Source: a virus
DNA length: 64,000 bases
Virus record (IMG/VR): IMGVR_UViG_3300046665_000193
Coordinates: 1 to 64,000 of that record
Reading direction: 5' to 3' (one strand)
Shown here: positions 38,799 through 49,485 of the stretch, one piece after another
How positions within the stretch are numbered: position 1 is the stretch's first letter
How the letters are laid out: every line of letters begins with the position of its first letter
Translations under genes and position numbers: made by a program
The notes under the pieces: model-generated
Databases searched by the model: none
Told to the model about the DNA's origin: nothing
What the model saw: the letters and a program-made list of their open reading frames with translations, nothing else

Positions 38799-41056
38799 TG
38801 GCGCGACAAGGACGAGTACAGGTTGAGGAGCTGGCAGGGCCGGTTCCTCTTCAAGCGGCACCACTGCCGGGCGACACCTTCACGGGTGCCGCTCAGGCCC
38901 CAATCGACAACAGCCTCACGCGCATTGCGGATGCACTGAGCAGCTTCAACACCTCGCTGTCCAGCTTCGGCACCGCCGCCAAGCAGGCTCAGCTCAAGCA
39001 GCTCGACGAGGCCGAGGGCGCACGCGCCAACAAGATGATCGCAGGCTGGACGCCGGATCAGGCTATCGAGGCTGTACAGAATGGCACGCTGGCCAACTTC
39101 CAGCACCCGCATTGGAAGGCCGCAGTCGAGAAGAACAGCGGTCAGGCTTACGGCGAGCGGATCATGGGCGGCGTCCAGAACATGATCAAGACGGGTCAGA
39201 TCGACCTTAGCTCCGAAACGGACAACATCTCCGACATCGTCACGAAGGCGACTAACGACGAGCTGCAGAATGTGCCGCCGTGGTTTCAGGCTTCCAAGGC
39301 TGGCATGGCCGGTCTCATGCAGCGCATTGAAGCGGGTCGCGACCAGCTCATCCGTGCCCAGACCGAGCAGCGTGCTGCCGCCTTCACGCGCAAGCAGGAA
39401 GGTGTGGTCTACGATCAGTTCAGCAAGATGTTCGATGTCACCCAAGGCGACAACGCGGAGATCACGCAGAGCAAGATCAGGGGCGTCTATGCCGACCTCG
39501 GCAACAGCAAGTTCCTACGCAACGATCAGGTCGATAAGGTTCTGATTGACGTGCTCCGCAACAAGGCCGCTGACCCGAACTCAGTCGAGGCTGTGGTGCA
39601 TGCGCTGAGCATTGATCGCGTCGGCAAGGATGGCGAGAAGGTCCCGGCGCTGGGCGCGAACCCGCGCTATGTGCAGGACATCACCCAGATCAGGGATACA
39701 GCCCGCGCCACGCTGACCAAGAAGTACGACGAGACCGCCGAAGCTACCGCGAAGAAGAACGTGCGGGACGCCATCGATCGACAGGACGGCTCTGTCTGGA
39801 CGATGAACTCGACCAGTTATGAGAACCCGTATGCGAAGGGCGACAAGACCCGCACCATCGACATGTCCAAGACCAAGGACGCGGCGGCTGTGGACTACCT
39901 GACGTGGAGCAAGCAGCTCGCAGGCTCGCGACGTGAAAGCCCAGAGAACCAGTATCAGCGCGAATGGAACACCATGACCGCGAACAACATGCCGAACCCG
40001 GCGTGGACTGAGATGCTGTCGAGCCCGTCCAAGGCGTTCGCCAATCCGCAGTCGCTTACCAACCCGGTACAGCGGCAGCAGGCTATCGCGTCTGGCGAGC
40101 TGTTCATGCGGATGTCGGAAGCGAACTATCCGTATGTGAAGAACACGCTCAAGCTCGACAAGAACGCGCTCGACTTCAATCAGGTCTATCAGGTTGCACG
40201 TCAACTGGGTAAGAACGAGGACCAGTCTCTCGACATGGCGGCGGCTGCAATCCGCACTCCCGACAACGAGAACGACATGGCGGTTCGCTCCCAGCGGGCG
40301 AAGGATGTCGAGGCCAAGGTCAAGTCTATGGACTTCGGCACTGGTTGGCAGAGCTACATCCCGTTCAACAACAGCAACGCCAAGAACAGCGGCGCGGTGC
40401 AGAAGCGCATCCTCGACGTGGCTACCGTCCTCGTTCGCGTCCCCGGCATGTCGCTGGACGATGCGGTGAAGGGCGCTGCCGAGATGGTGCAGAAGCGCTC
40501 GGTCTATGTGAATGGTCACGTCGTGGCCGACAACGGCTACATGCCGCCGAAGCAGCTCACCGGCAACATCGAGAAGGCGCTCGCCGACTACCATGCCCAG
40601 TACGGCAAGAAGGAAGCCGTTGGCTCTGCCAGCGATCTCTCCATCGAGCCCATGGGCGGTGGCACGTTCCGCATCATCGACGCCTCGCAGGAGGGCGGTA
40701 AGCCGCTCTACGCGCAGGACGCCAAGGGCCGTGTGATCCCCGCTACGATCACGATGGCGCAGCTCACACGCATGCAGAAGAACACCGAGGCTGACACTGA
40801 GGTGACCCGAGAAGCTGCACAGGTTGAGAACCGGAGGGCCGCAGAGGCCGCTGATGCTGCCCGCATCCGCAACACCCCGGATCGTCTCCTGTCACCAGCC
40901 CAGCGCGAGACAAAGCGTGCTCTCGGTCCCGATCCGGCGCTCGACGCCTTCACGAACCTCAACGGCGGCGGGGAGATGATCCCGCCACAGCAGTTCGAGG
41001 ACACCTTCAAGAAGCTCTTCCAGCGGCCCCACGGGCGTCTGGGCAAGCAGAACTAA
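38798..41056 (+). CDS. Internal virion protein C (gp15-like)
   Basis: 752-aa helical protein between gp14 and gp16 positions. Confidence 0.7.
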   Translation: MARQGRVQVEELAGPVPLQAAPLPGDTFTGAAQAPIDNSLTRIADALSSFNTSLSSFGTAAKQAQLKQLDEAEGARANKMIAGWTPDQAIEAVQNGTLANFQHPHWKAAVEKNSGQAYGERIMGGVQNMIKTGQIDLSSETDNISDIVTKATNDELQNVPPWFQASKAGMAGLMQRIEAGRDQLIRAQTEQRAAAFTRKQEGVVYDQFSKMFDVTQGDNAEITQSKIRGVYADLGNSKFLRNDQVDKVLIDVLRNKAADPNSVEAVVHALSIDRVGKDGEKVPALGANPRYVQDITQIRDTARATLTKKYDETAEATAKKNVRDAIDRQDGSVWTMNSTSYENPYAKGDKTRTIDMSKTKDAAAVDYLTWSKQLAGSRRESPENQYQREWNTMTANNMPNPAWTEMLSSPSKAFANPQSLTNPVQRQQAIASGELFMRMSEANYPYVKNTLKLDKNALDFNQVYQVARQLGKNEDQSLDMAAAAIRTPDNENDMAVRSQRAKDVEAKVKSMDFGTGWQSYIPFNNSNAKNSGAVQKRILDVATVLVRVPGMSLDDAVKGAAEMVQKRSVYVNGHVVADNGYMPPKQLTGNIEKALADYHAQYGKKEAVGSASDLSIEPMGGGTFRIIDASQEGGKPLYAQDAKGRVIPATITMAQLTRMQKNTEADTEVTREAAQVENRRAAEAADAARIRNTPDRLLSPAQRETKRALGPDPALDAFTNLNGGGEMIPPQQFEDTFKKLFQRPHGRLGKQN

Positions 41057-41112
41057 CCCATCAACCGGCGAGGGGAGAGCTGAGGCTCTCTCCCGCTCAT
41101 TAGGATATTTCA

Positions 41113-44100
41113 ATGGATGAACTCCAGCAGCAGCCTATCGTCCCTGAGGGTGACGTTGTCGTTGCACCCGAAGTCAAGGAAGAGGTTGCCAAGCCAGCCG
41201 TCGAGGCCGCTCCGTCACCGGACGCCGCGCAGCCGGTAGCCAACAGCCAGGTCGAAGCGCAGCCCATTGCGCCCGTACCTGACGATGCACTTCTCAAGGG
41301 TCTCGAGACTGCAGCGCCGTTGCCCGTGCAGGAGAAGCGGTCACCCGTCGTCTCCACCGCCGTGCAGCAGCTCACGCCTTATCTGGGCGCGGGCAAGGAC
41401 ACCTCGCATCTCTCAGGGATGCAGGACGTTCTCGCTGACCGTCTCTCCCGCCTCGTGAACGAAGCCCCGCCGTCTGTGCGTGAGGGCTTCAAGATCAACT
41501 CGGGCTATCGTTCGAACGAGCGTCAGGCTCAAATCTTCAAAGAGGCCGTGGCCAAGTATGGCTCCGAGGAAGCCGCCCGCAAGTGGGCTGCACCTCCCGG
41601 CAAGTCGAACCACAATCACGGCAACGCCGCCGACATCGGCTTCCAGACCGAAGAGGCCCGCGCATACTTCCACGCCAACGCCGCTCGCTATGACCTCGCG
41701 TTCCCCATGGCGCACGAGCCGTGGCACATCGAGACTCGTGAAGCTCGCATGAAGCGTCCTGTCGTGGACGTGCCGGGCCATATCCGGGGCTATATCGACG
41801 AAGCAGTCGAGCGTTCGGGCACGCCGCTCAACGTGATGCTCGCTATCGGTAAGCAGGAGAGCGACTTCGGTCGGAACCTCAAGAACACCTCCAGCTCCGC
41901 TAAGGGCATCTACCAGTTCATCGACGGCACATGGACGCAGATGGTGTCCAGCAGCGCTGCGATCTACGGCCTGCCGACTACGGTCAAGGTCGATGACGAA
42001 CGCGCCAACGTGCTGATGGCTGGCGAGTATATGCGCCAGAACAAGATCGCATTCGAGAAGGCACTTCAGCGCCCCCAGAAGGACGGTGAGATGTACATCT
42101 CGCACTTCATGGGCACACAGGGCGGCATCGACTTCGTGAAGGCATGGGAACAGAACCCCGGCCAGAACGCGGCGGCTGCATTCCCGAAGGCTGCGAACGC
42201 CAACAAGACGATCTTCTACAACGACAACGGCACGCCGCGCTCGATGGCTCAGGTCTACAGCAAGCTGTCTGCGTATGTTGACGGCAATACCGACTACAAG
42301 ACCTCAACCGGCCCGGCCAACTTCGCGGCTCCTGTAGCTCCGGCCAATATGCTCCCGGCTCGTCCTGCTTCAACGCAGAAGGAGACGATGGACATGAACG
42401 AGGCCATGGCGAAGCGCGAAGCTGAGATGCCGTGGTATCAGGGCGTGGCCGATGCGGTGAGCCAGAACTCGATCACCGCCCGCATCCTGCAGCAGAACCC
42501 GCACTTCACTCCCGACAGCTCCTTTGTGCTCACGCCGCAGACGCAGCAGCAGCTCCAGAAGGACTACCAGCTCACACCGGACATGATGCCGAGGCTGGAG
42601 AAGGCGGTGTCCGCGAACCACGCTGAATACATCGCCGCACAGGCGCAGCGTGATCAGCAGGCGCAGGAGCATCTCAGCAACATGGGCTGGAGCGGCGCGG
42701 GCCTCTCGCTCGCAACGGCACTGCTCGATCCGGTCGCACTCGGCGTTGGCATCGGCTCTGGTGGCCTCGCGGATGTCGCGGCGGTCGCTATGGGTGCCGG
42801 TCGCGTTGGCCGTATGGCGATGCAGGCAGGCGCTGGTGCCGGGGCTAACGTCGGCCTTGAGATGGCTGAACGTGCCACGGGCGGTCCTGAGGGCCACAGC
42901 CTTCTGATGACTGCAGCCATGGGTGCAATGTTCGGCGGTGCCTACGGCCTGCTGTCTCGCAACCCGGCCACGCTGGAGGAAGCCCGTAAGCTGGCGAACC
43001 TCGGCAAGTCCATGAAGGACGATCTACAGAACGGCACCTCGCTGTCGTCTGGCAACCTTGGCGCTGCGGGTAACCCCAACGCGACCGAAGCCTTCCTGAA
43101 CGACAAGGCATTCATTGCCACGCAGGACAAGGATGTTGCCTACACGGTCAACTCCATCATGGGCGTCAAGACCGGGCGCTTCGATAGCGTCGGCCAGTTG
43201 AAGTCCGTGAAGGACCCCAACACCCGTCTCGTCGGGGGCGCACTCGGTGAGGACGCAGTCGGCAACGCAGACCACTCGCTCAACTCGTTCTCCGCAACGG
43301 AGGACATGGAGCGGATGCACCGCGCCGATCTGGCGCAGCTCAATCAGATGTGGGCTCCCGCTGCGTCGGAGTGGGCGAAGGACAATGGCTTCCGCCTCGG
43401 TCGACTTACGGGCGGCGCGGAGTTCAACGACCTCGTCACGAGCTACATCCGCAACACCGACAAGACACTGGAGTGGCACCCCGCTGTGAAGCGCTTGGGT
43501 GACCACATCGCTGCGATGAACCGCGAGAAGCTTCTCGATGCCCAGAACCCGCTACGCCGTGAAGGCATGGTAGGTCGCCCGCTCAAGGGCTGGGAAGAGA
43601 TACCAGAGAACCCGAACTACATGATGCGCATCTATGACGGCTTCAAGGTCAACCAGTTGATCGACGACAGCCTCGAAAATGCAATCGGTCAGCGAGGGCT
43701 GGAGACTTGGTTCAAGAACGCGATGCGCAAGGCGCAGACGTGGATGGACGAAGAGCTGCTCGACAAGATCGCAGTCGGCACCGTGAAGCGCCTTCGCAAT
43801 AAGGCCAACGGCATCGACGAAGCGATGAACATGATGCACTCCGGGTTCGACCTCGATCACTTGAAGTCGATCCTCGTGGAGGAGGGGATGGACGAGAAGC
43901 GCCTTGAACAGGTGCTCGGCACTGTTCGCCTCAACACGGAGCGGGGCGTAGACGCTCGCGCTCGCCATCGTATCTTGCTTGATGAGACGCACGTCGAACG
44001 TGGCTACCGTACTATCAACGGGCAGACCCGCGACATCGCACTCAGTGACTTCACCGTCACCGATGCGAAGCAGCTCAGCGACATCTACTTCCGTCACATG

Positions 44101-45558
44101 AACGGTCGTATCGCACTGGCTCGCGTCCGCATCCAGAACCCGACCACGGGTGAGATGCTGGTGAACGGCATCACGTCGGACACCGAGTGGGCAACGCTGC
44201 GCACCAAGCTGCGGCAGTCCATGCTCGATAGCGGCATGTCGCGAGGGGAGCTTGACAAGGCTACGGCCAACCTCGACTTCCTCTATGACCGCACTCTCGG
44301 TCGCCCTGATCCCGGCCAGAACGGGCAGTGGGCCGATTGGCTCCGTCGCGTTCGCAAGTACAACTTCGTGCGACAGGCGGGCGGCTTCGGTCTCGCGCAG
44401 CTCCCTGAAATGGCGATGATCCCGGCACAGCTCGGCGTCAAAGCGTTCATGCAGCACATGCCCGCGTTCAAGCGCATCGTCACCACCGATGGTCGGACAA
44501 TCCTCAAGGATGGTCTGGCTGCTGAGTGGGAAGCGGCGTTCGGCAACGGCACTGACCGTATGCGCGGCATGCAGTTCTTCAAGAACGAAGAGCTGGGCTA
44601 TCACTCGCAAGGCGCGATGGGCAAGCTCGACAACGCGCTCGACTTCGCACAGAACGCCGTCGCAGAAGCATCGGGCATGACGACGATCAACACCATGCTG
44701 CAGCGTACCACCGCGAAGGTGATCACGCAGAAGTTCGCAGACATGGCACTCGATGCCTCCCAAATCAACATGAAGCGCATGGCCTCCCTCGGCCTCAGCG
44801 ACGCGATGCTCAAGCGCATCCTCGCCCAGACTAAGCACTTCACGAAGGAGGACGGCATCCTGTTCGACGGCAAGGTCACCAAGATGAACCTTGATAAGTG
44901 GGACGACATGGGTGCCCGTGCGGCATTCGAGAACTCCGTCTTCCGCTGGTCGCGTCGGATCATTCAAGAGAACGACATCGGCAACATGCATCGCTGGGCG
45001 AGCGGCCCTCTGTGGCAGATGCTCTTCCAGTTCCGCACCTTCTCGATCAACTCTTGGAACAAGCAGTTCATGCTGAACATGCACATGAAGGACATGACCT
45101 CGTTCCACGTCATGACGTTCTCGCTCCTCGCTGGTGCGGGCGCGTATGCAATGCGGACACAGATCAACGCTGTTGGTCGCTCCGACCGTGAGGACTTCCT
45201 CGCGAAACGGCTGTCACCTGAGAAGCTCGCAGCCGGGGCATTCCAGAACACTGGCTGGTCCTCGCTCATCCCCATGGGCATCGACACGGCAGGCTACCTC
45301 ACGGGCAACAGCCCCGTGTTCGACGCACGAACGTCAGGCAACGCTTCGGACATCATCTTTGGATCACCCACCGTGGGCTTCATCGACGACATCTCCAAGG
45401 CTGCGAAGGGCGTTGTGCAGCCGATGAAGGATGGCCGCGAACGATCTCAGTTTGAGTATCGCAACATCGCAGCGGTCGCGCCTCTCAAGAACTGGGCACC
45501 ATGGCAAGGGCTTCTGTCCTCCATGATCTCCGGTGCCCCTGAAAGGCCCCCGCGCTAA
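41113..45558 (+). CDS. Internal virion protein D (gp16-like) with M15 peptidase and lytic transglycosylase-like domains
   Basis: SGYRS...PGKSNHNHGNAADI...EPWH; KQESDFG...SAKGIYQFIDGTW. Confidence 0.85.
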   Translation: MDELQQQPIVPEGDVVVAPEVKEEVAKPAVEAAPSPDAAQPVANSQVEAQPIAPVPDDALLKGLETAAPLPVQEKRSPVVSTAVQQLTPYLGAGKDTSHLSGMQDVLADRLSRLVNEAPPSVREGFKINSGYRSNERQAQIFKEAVAKYGSEEAARKWAAPPGKSNHNHGNAADIGFQTEEARAYFHANAARYDLAFPMAHEPWHIETREARMKRPVVDVPGHIRGYIDEAVERSGTPLNVMLAIGKQESDFGRNLKNTSSSAKGIYQFIDGTWTQMVSSSAAIYGLPTTVKVDDERANVLMAGEYMRQNKIAFEKALQRPQKDGEMYISHFMGTQGGIDFVKAWEQNPGQNAAAAFPKAANANKTIFYNDNGTPRSMAQVYSKLSAYVDGNTDYKTSTGPANFAAPVAPANMLPARPASTQKETMDMNEAMAKREAEMPWYQGVADAVSQNSITARILQQNPHFTPDSSFVLTPQTQQQLQKDYQLTPDMMPRLEKAVSANHAEYIAAQAQRDQQAQEHLSNMGWSGAGLSLATALLDPVALGVGIGSGGLADVAAVAMGAGRVGRMAMQAGAGAGANVGLEMAERATGGPEGHSLLMTAAMGAMFGGAYGLLSRNPATLEEARKLANLGKSMKDDLQNGTSLSSGNLGAAGNPNATEAFLNDKAFIATQDKDVAYTVNSIMGVKTGRFDSVGQLKSVKDPNTRLVGGALGEDAVGNADHSLNSFSATEDMERMHRADLAQLNQMWAPAASEWAKDNGFRLGRLTGGAEFNDLVTSYIRNTDKTLEWHPAVKRLGDHIAAMNREKLLDAQNPLRREGMVGRPLKGWEEIPENPNYMMRIYDGFKVNQLIDDSLENAIGQRGLETWFKNAMRKAQTWMDEELLDKIAVGTVKRLRNKANGIDEAMNMMHSGFDLDHLKSILVEEGMDEKRLEQVLGTVRLNTERGVDARARHRILLDETHVERGYRTINGQTRDIALSDFTVTDAKQLSDIYFRHMNGRIALARVRIQNPTTGEMLVNGITSDTEWATLRTKLRQSMLDSGMSRGELDKATANLDFLYDRTLGRPDPGQNGQWADWLRRVRKYNFVRQAGGFGLAQLPEMAMIPAQLGVKAFMQHMPAFKRIVTTDGRTILKDGLAAEWEAAFGNGTDRMRGMQFFKNEELGYHSQGAMGKLDNALDFAQNAVAEASGMTTINTMLQRTTAKVITQKFADMALDASQINMKRMASLGLSDAMLKRILAQTKHFTKEDGILFDGKVTKMNLDKWDDMGARAAFENSVFRWSRRIIQENDIGNMHRWASGPLWQMLFQFRTFSINSWNKQFMLNMHMKDMTSFHVMTFSLLAGAGAYAMRTQINAVGRSDREDFLAKRLSPEKLAAGAFQNTGWSSLIPMGIDTAGYLTGNSPVFDARTSGNASDIIFGSPTVGFIDDISKAAKGVVQPMKDGRERSQFEYRNIAAVAPLKNWAPWQGLLSSMISGAPERPPR

Positions 45559-45618
45559 CACACATGTGGGGAGGGTTAGGTTGTACGCCTACCCTCCCTG
45601 CTCAACATTGAAAGAGAT

Positions 45619-46959
45619 ATGGCAAGCTACGTCTTCTATCCGGGGGATGGAACTCAGACCGACTGGTCCGTTCCGTTTCCCTACCTCTCGACCGACCACG
45701 TCTATGTCTCAGTAGCGGGCGTCGAGCAAACGATCACTTGGTTGAACTCCGCACTCATCCGCATCACCCCGGCAGCTCCCGCTGGCACGGCTCTGCTCTT
45801 GCAGCGTGTGACCCAGAAGACGCCGATGACTGTGTTCGAGAACACCAACAACCTTACCGCTGAGAACCTGACCCTCGCCGAGACGCAGGCGCTGTTCATC
45901 GCGGAGGAGGCCAGCGACCGCGCTGCGCTCTCTATCGCCATCGACAATGCGACCGGGCAGTACAACTTCCAAGGTCGTCGAGCCATCAATGTCGCCGACC
46001 CTGTCGATGCACAGGATGCGGTGACGAAGAACTGGGCCGAGACCGGCATGTCGTCGCAGCTCACGCAGGCGACCTCTCAGAAGGATCAGGCTGTAACTGC
46101 CCGCATAGCGGCTGAGGCTGCTCGCGATCTGGCGATCTCCAAGGCTGCTGCCACGGCGGCGGACTCACTGACGACTGCTGCTGATCGTGTCCAGACCGGA
46201 CTGGATCGTGTGGCTACCGCTGCTGATCGCGTACAGACCGGCGCAGATCGCGTTGCGACCGGACAGGACCGTTCGACCGTTGCAGCCGACAAGGCCACTG
46301 TAGCTGCCGATAAGGCGACTGTAGCTGCCGATAAGGGCACCGTGGCTTCAGACCGGATCACCGTGGCGACGGACAAGGCGACCACGCAGAACTATCGCGA
46401 CACCGCGAAGACGCATCAGGACAACGCTGCGGCCTCCGCTGCTGCGGCTGCTGCCTCCGCTGCGTCAGTTGATGGTCCGAACCTCCTTACGAAGTCTGGC
46501 AACCTTACGGGCCTTGCTGACAAGGCGGCGTCTCGGACCAACCTCGGCCTCGGCGGTTCTGCCGTCAAGGATGTGGCAACGGCTGCGGAGCTGCGCTCGA
46601 ACACCAACACTGGCGTCGTCTCTGTCGATAAGGCGTGGGATGCTGCTGCGTGGGTGCCGCTTGGCAATATCACGGGTGCTGTGACCATCGACGCCAGCAC
46701 TGGCGCTCGCTTTCGCGCCACGCTTGTAGGCAACGTCACCATTGACGTGAGCAATCTGAAGGATGGTGCGCCATTCGAGCTGGCCTTCCTGCAGGATGCC
46801 ACAGGTGGCCGCACGGTTAGTTGGAATGCGAAGTTCAAGTGGCCCAGCGCTGCCGCTCCTGAGGTGGCAACTACCGCCAGTGGCTACGCTGTCATCGTGA
46901 CGAGTGTAGGCGCTTGGAACGGAGACATCATCGCGGCGGGTTGGAAGGTGACAGCGTAA
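45619..46959 (+). CDS. Tail fibre protein (gp17-like)
   Basis: Paralogue of 2221-3564. Confidence 0.85.
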   Translation: MASYVFYPGDGTQTDWSVPFPYLSTDHVYVSVAGVEQTITWLNSALIRITPAAPAGTALLLQRVTQKTPMTVFENTNNLTAENLTLAETQALFIAEEASDRAALSIAIDNATGQYNFQGRRAINVADPVDAQDAVTKNWAETGMSSQLTQATSQKDQAVTARIAAEAARDLAISKAAATAADSLTTAADRVQTGLDRVATAADRVQTGADRVATGQDRSTVAADKATVAADKATVAADKGTVASDRITVATDKATTQNYRDTAKTHQDNAAASAAAAAASAASVDGPNLLTKSGNLTGLADKAASRTNLGLGGSAVKDVATAAELRSNTNTGVVSVDKAWDAAAWVPLGNITGAVTIDASTGARFRATLVGNVTIDVSNLKDGAPFELAFLQDATGGRTVSWNAKFKWPSAAAPEVATTASGYAVIVTSVGAWNGDIIAAGWKVTA

Positions 46960-47906
46960 TGCTGTTCCCATTCCTGAAGTCGCGCATCGGCGGCGCTGAC
47001 ATCGACATGATGCCGAACCCGTTCTCGTTCCCGACCGTAGCAGGTCAGGCACCGAACGTGCTGGTCGCATCTTCCGTCGTGCAGATCACGGGGATCAGCG
47101 TGCCTGTTCCCGTCAGTGTTAGTGCGGGCCAATTCCGCATCCTCGACGCCACGCAGACGATAGTCATTCAAGACTGGGCCACGTTCGGCATCATCAAGAA
47201 GGGGCAGTGCGTCCACCTTCGCATCACCTCGTCGAATGCCTTCAGCGGCACGGTCAGCATGACTGCCTACGTCGGTAAAGGTAGTGCGACTTGGTCCGTC
47301 ACGACGGTCGCCGTTTCTGGTGGCTCCGCTGGCTGGGGCACTCCTGGGCAGTATGCCGTCGTGATCCCGTACCACAACTCGTTCAACTTCGATGTCTACG
47401 GAGCCGGTGCAGGAGCGGGAGGCTTCATCGGGTTGTCCGATGGCCCGAGCTATAACGCCGGCGCCGCCGGAAATGGCGGCGGCTACTCGCAGATTTATGA
47501 CGAGGAAACCGGCGGCGGGAAGGTGAACGTCATCGGCTGGACGGGCGGGGGCGGTCCCGGTCAATACTTCAATGGCGGGGGCTTTGTCGTCGATGGCAAC
47601 GGAGCGGCTGGTGGAGCGCAGGGCGGCGACGGAAACGTGCCGGGCGGTGGTGCCGGTGGCGGCGGGGCGGGCTACTCCTACTGGAGCTACAATCCGGGAC
47701 AGCCTTTCTGGGGCAGTGCTGGTGGCCCCGGCGGTCGCGCTTATCGGAGCATCGGGCGCGGCCTTCTTACGCCCGGCACCCGCCTGATCATCAACGTTGG
47801 AGCCGCAGGCGGTCGTGGCGGCAATGGTTACAACCCGTATGGCGATCCTTTGTACGCCTACGGCGGCGAAGCCGGTAACGGCGCCTGTTACATTTCATGG
47901 GGTTAA
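46959..47906 (+). CDS. Glycine-rich tail-associated protein
   Basis: Paralogue of 3564-4445 with divergent C-terminal half. Confidence 0.65.
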   Translation: MLFPFLKSRIGGADIDMMPNPFSFPTVAGQAPNVLVASSVVQITGISVPVPVSVSAGQFRILDATQTIVIQDWATFGIIKKGQCVHLRITSSNAFSGTVSMTAYVGKGSATWSVTTVAVSGGSAGWGTPGQYAVVIPYHNSFNFDVYGAGAGAGGFIGLSDGPSYNAGAAGNGGGYSQIYDEETGGGKVNVIGWTGGGGPGQYFNGGGFVVDGNGAAGGAQGGDGNVPGGGAGGGGAGYSYWSYNPGQPFWGSAGGPGGRAYRSIGRGLLTPGTRLIINVGAAGGRGGNGYNPYGDPLYAYGGEAGNGACYISWG

Positions 47907-47908
47907 CA

Positions 47909-48397
47909 ATGCAATATGTAGTTCAAGAAACTACTCCCGGTGCATTCGTCGAAGTACAGTTCGGCGAAAGCATCTCTATTGGCGAAGTGCTACATCCGTG
48001 GCAGATCACCGAACTATGGGCTGACGCGGAGCTGGAGGCCATTGGCGTCTTCCGCGTTGACCCTGCTGTACCACCGAATGAGAACGCAGTGGTCATCGAC
48101 TACTCGTTCAGTCGTGTGGAAGGGAAGGTCGTTCAGCTTCTCAATCTCGAATTTCGAGACCCACCGCCGCTCAAGGTTTCACCTCGGCAGCTTCGCCTCG
48201 CAATGAACGAGCTAGGGCTCCGCGACGAGATCGAAGAGTATGTGGCCTCACAGTCTCGCGACGTGAAGGATAGCTGGCAATACTCCACGGAGTTCTACGC
48301 CACGCATCCCTTCGTTCAGGGCGCGAAGGAGCAGCTCAACAAATCGGACGAGGAGCTGGCGTTTCTGTTCGCCACCGCTTCCATGATCCCGACGTGA
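47909..48397 (+). CDS. Hypothetical protein, possible fibre assembly factor
   Basis: Paralogue of 4448-4936. Confidence 0.5.
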   Translation: MQYVVQETTPGAFVEVQFGESISIGEVLHPWQITELWADAELEAIGVFRVDPAVPPNENAVVIDYSFSRVEGKVVQLLNLEFRDPPPLKVSPRQLRLAMNELGLRDEIEEYVASQSRDVKDSWQYSTEFYATHPFVQGAKEQLNKSDEELAFLFATASMIPT

Positions 48398-48573
48398 ACC
48401 TTGAGAACGTAACGAACGGGACGGCAGTAGGCGCTGTCACCAGCTACTTCTGGCTCCCGACGTTTCACTCACTCTCGGCGGCGTGCGCTGAGATCGTGCC
48501 GGTCCTCGGTGCCCTTTGGCTCCTGATCCAGATCGGCTTCAAGTTCTATGATCGGTACAGCGGCAAGCCGTGA
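48394..48573 (+). CDS. Holin-like small membrane protein
   Basis: Paralogue of 4933-5112. Confidence 0.55.
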   Translation: MNLENVTNGTAVGAVTSYFWLPTFHSLSAACAEIVPVLGALWLLIQIGFKFYDRYSGKP

Positions 48574-48995
48574 TCCGTATTCGTAAGGTGGACGGTCGCA
48601 AGCACTCTCGTGTTCTTTGCGATCTCCACGATGCGACATTCGAGGGCACCGCACCCGCCGTTGATACATCCGAGGGCTACTGGTGGCTCGCGTATGACGA
48701 GGGCGTTCCGGTCGGCTTCTCAGGCGTCATCCAGTCCACGCTGGCTGATGGCGTACTATACTTCAAGCGCGTTGGTGTTCTCGCATCACATCGCGGGCAG
48801 GGGCTCCAAGCGAAGCTCCTCCGTGCGTGTGAACTCTGGGCCAAGCGTGAAGGCTGGGACAGGATCATCAGCGACACGACGTTCGACAACATCGCATCCG
48901 CAAACTCATTCATCCGTGCAGGCTACCGGCTATTCGAGCCGCCCAATCGCTGGGCGTTCAAGACCGGGCTGTACTGGAGCAAGGACATCACATGA
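48570..48995 (+). CDS. GNAT family N-acetyltransferase
   Basis: VLASHRGQGLQAKLL, NIASANSFIRAGY. Confidence 0.85.
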   Translation: MIRIRKVDGRKHSRVLCDLHDATFEGTAPAVDTSEGYWWLAYDEGVPVGFSGVIQSTLADGVLYFKRVGVLASHRGQGLQAKLLRACELWAKREGWDRIISDTTFDNIASANSFIRAGYRLFEPPNRWAFKTGLYWSKDIT

Positions 48996-49222
48996 GCAAT
49001 CAGGGCAAGGCATCGCAGGAGGTCATGGAAATTCTCCACGGCATCCTCGCCACGTCGCTCGCCGACAAGATCAAGGACGGTACGGCCACTGCGGCTGACC
49101 TCTCGGTCGCTCGCCAGTTCCTCAAGGACAACGGCATCGACAGCATCCCAACCAAGGGCAACGGCATCGGCAAACTTGCCGAGCAGCTCCCATTCCAAGA
49201 CACGGAAGACGAAGACGAATGA
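48992..49222 (+). CDS. Terminase small subunit
   Basis: Paralogue of 5531-5764. Confidence 0.8.
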   Translation: MSNQGKASQEVMEILHGILATSLADKIKDGTATAADLSVARQFLKDNGIDSIPTKGNGIGKLAEQLPFQDTEDEDE

Positions 49223-49485
49223 TGACATTCAGTCAGGCACTACACTTCATCAAGCTGGGCCATCGCGTTGCCCGCTCGGGTTGGAACGGGAAGGGCATGT
49301 TCCTCTTCCTCGTCAACGGCTCGACCTTCACGGTCAACCGCCCGCCGCTCCTCGGCATCTACCCCGAGGGCACTGAGGTGAAGTATCACGCCCACATCGA
49401 CATGAAGACTGCGCAGGGCGACGTGGTGCCTTGGGTGGCGTCCCAATCAGATCTTCTGAGCAACGACTGGGCGCTCGTTGACTAA
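49219..49485 (+). CDS. DUF2829 / Tad2-like protein (putative anti-defence nucleotide sponge)
   Basis: MTFSQAL..IK.G.RVARSGWNGKGMF...PWVASQSDLLSNDW signature. Confidence 0.8.
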   Translation: MMTFSQALHFIKLGHRVARSGWNGKGMFLFLVNGSTFTVNRPPLLGIYPEGTEVKYHAHIDMKTAQGDVVPWVASQSDLLSNDWALVD

